Translations under genes and position numbers: made by a program | Notes under the pieces: generated by a model | The model's database searches: none | The model's input: only the letters and a program-made list of their open reading frames with translations | What the model was told of the DNA's origin: nothing | Source of the DNA: an uncultured Verrucomicrobiae bacterium | GTDB taxonomy: Bacteria; Verrucomicrobiota; Verrucomicrobiia; Chthoniobacterales; JAFAMB01 | Length of the DNA: 64,000 bases | Direction: 5' to 3' | Assembly: GCA_963813025.1 (NCBI GenBank) | Contig: CAWEXO010000005.1 | Span: 224,001-288,000, forward strand | Part shown: positions 63,680-64,000 of the stretch, piece after piece | Numbering within the stretch: the stretch's first letter is position 1 | How the letters are laid out: each line of letters starts with the position of its first letter

Positions 63680-63830
63680 GACAGATCAGGTCGGCGTAAT
63701 AGACCGTCTGGGGCCGGAAAAGAGCGGCTTCATGCAGGCCGGGATCGCGTAGGCCGGGGGATCCGCCGTAGCGCTCTATTTTGTCATCATGGATGGCAAG
63801 CACTTCGGCGAGAGTGAGATAGTCGGTCAC
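63680..63830 (-). pseudogene. doc: Death-on-curing (Doc) toxin, N-terminal fragment
   Basis: YLTLAEVLAIH...RYGG..GLRDPG...AL.RPQ; the Fic motif is missing. Confidence 0.75.
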
Positions 63831-64000
63831 TCAGCGAGCCTCTTGTAGAGGCTGCCGAATTTTTCATGGCTGGCCTGGTACGCCGCCATGACTTGAGCGC
63901 GGGGCCGGGCCTTGCGCCGCTTTTCAATCAGGTCGGAAAGCGCCTCGTCGACCAAGGCCTGTATTTGCCGGCCTTCCTCCTGCGCGATCGCTCGAACGGT
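63827..64000 (-). CDS. Putative antitoxin for Doc (partial, runs off the right edge)
   Basis: ...AQEEGRQIQALVDEALSDLIEKR...SHEKFGSLYKRLAE*; GTGA overlap with doc. Confidence 0.65.
   Translation of the reverse strand, partial: TVRAIAQEEGRQIQALVDEALSDLIEKRRKARPRAQVMAAYQASHEKFGSLYKRLAE

Overview
This 64-kb window is an accessory region dense with mobile-element debris. It is probably from a soil Verrucomicrobiota/Chthoniobacterales-like bacterium, inferred only from gene families such as a DUF5069 remnant. Mobile elements: two identical IS630 copies, a different intact IS630, an IS256 nested in an IS110, and remnants of Tn3, IS66, IS21, ISKra4, IS1380, IS3 and a RAYT transposase. It also has several Tn7/Tn5053-like TGT...ACA ends, two of them next to tniQ, an 83-bp element made of two Tn3 inverted repeats, and two IncP-like traI-traG modules. 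Cargo includes four toxin-antitoxin pairs, SDR/ADH oxidoreductases, a GH31 glycosidase with an MFS transporter, an FGGY kinase and a decaying PAS/GAF two-component system. Many genes are fragmented or carry 1-bp frameshifts in homopolymer runs, some of which may be sequencing errors. The best candidate for an undescribed system is the intact two-gene unit at 41576-44830: a Pro-rich protein with four ELP repeats, followed by a 946-aa PRTase + tandem AMMECR1-like + alpha/alpha-toroid fusion enzyme. A second candidate is an 836-aa protein with permuted papain-like motifs (47572-50082). I found no rRNA, tRNA, CRISPR array or cas gene. All product calls come from reading motifs by eye, without database searches.
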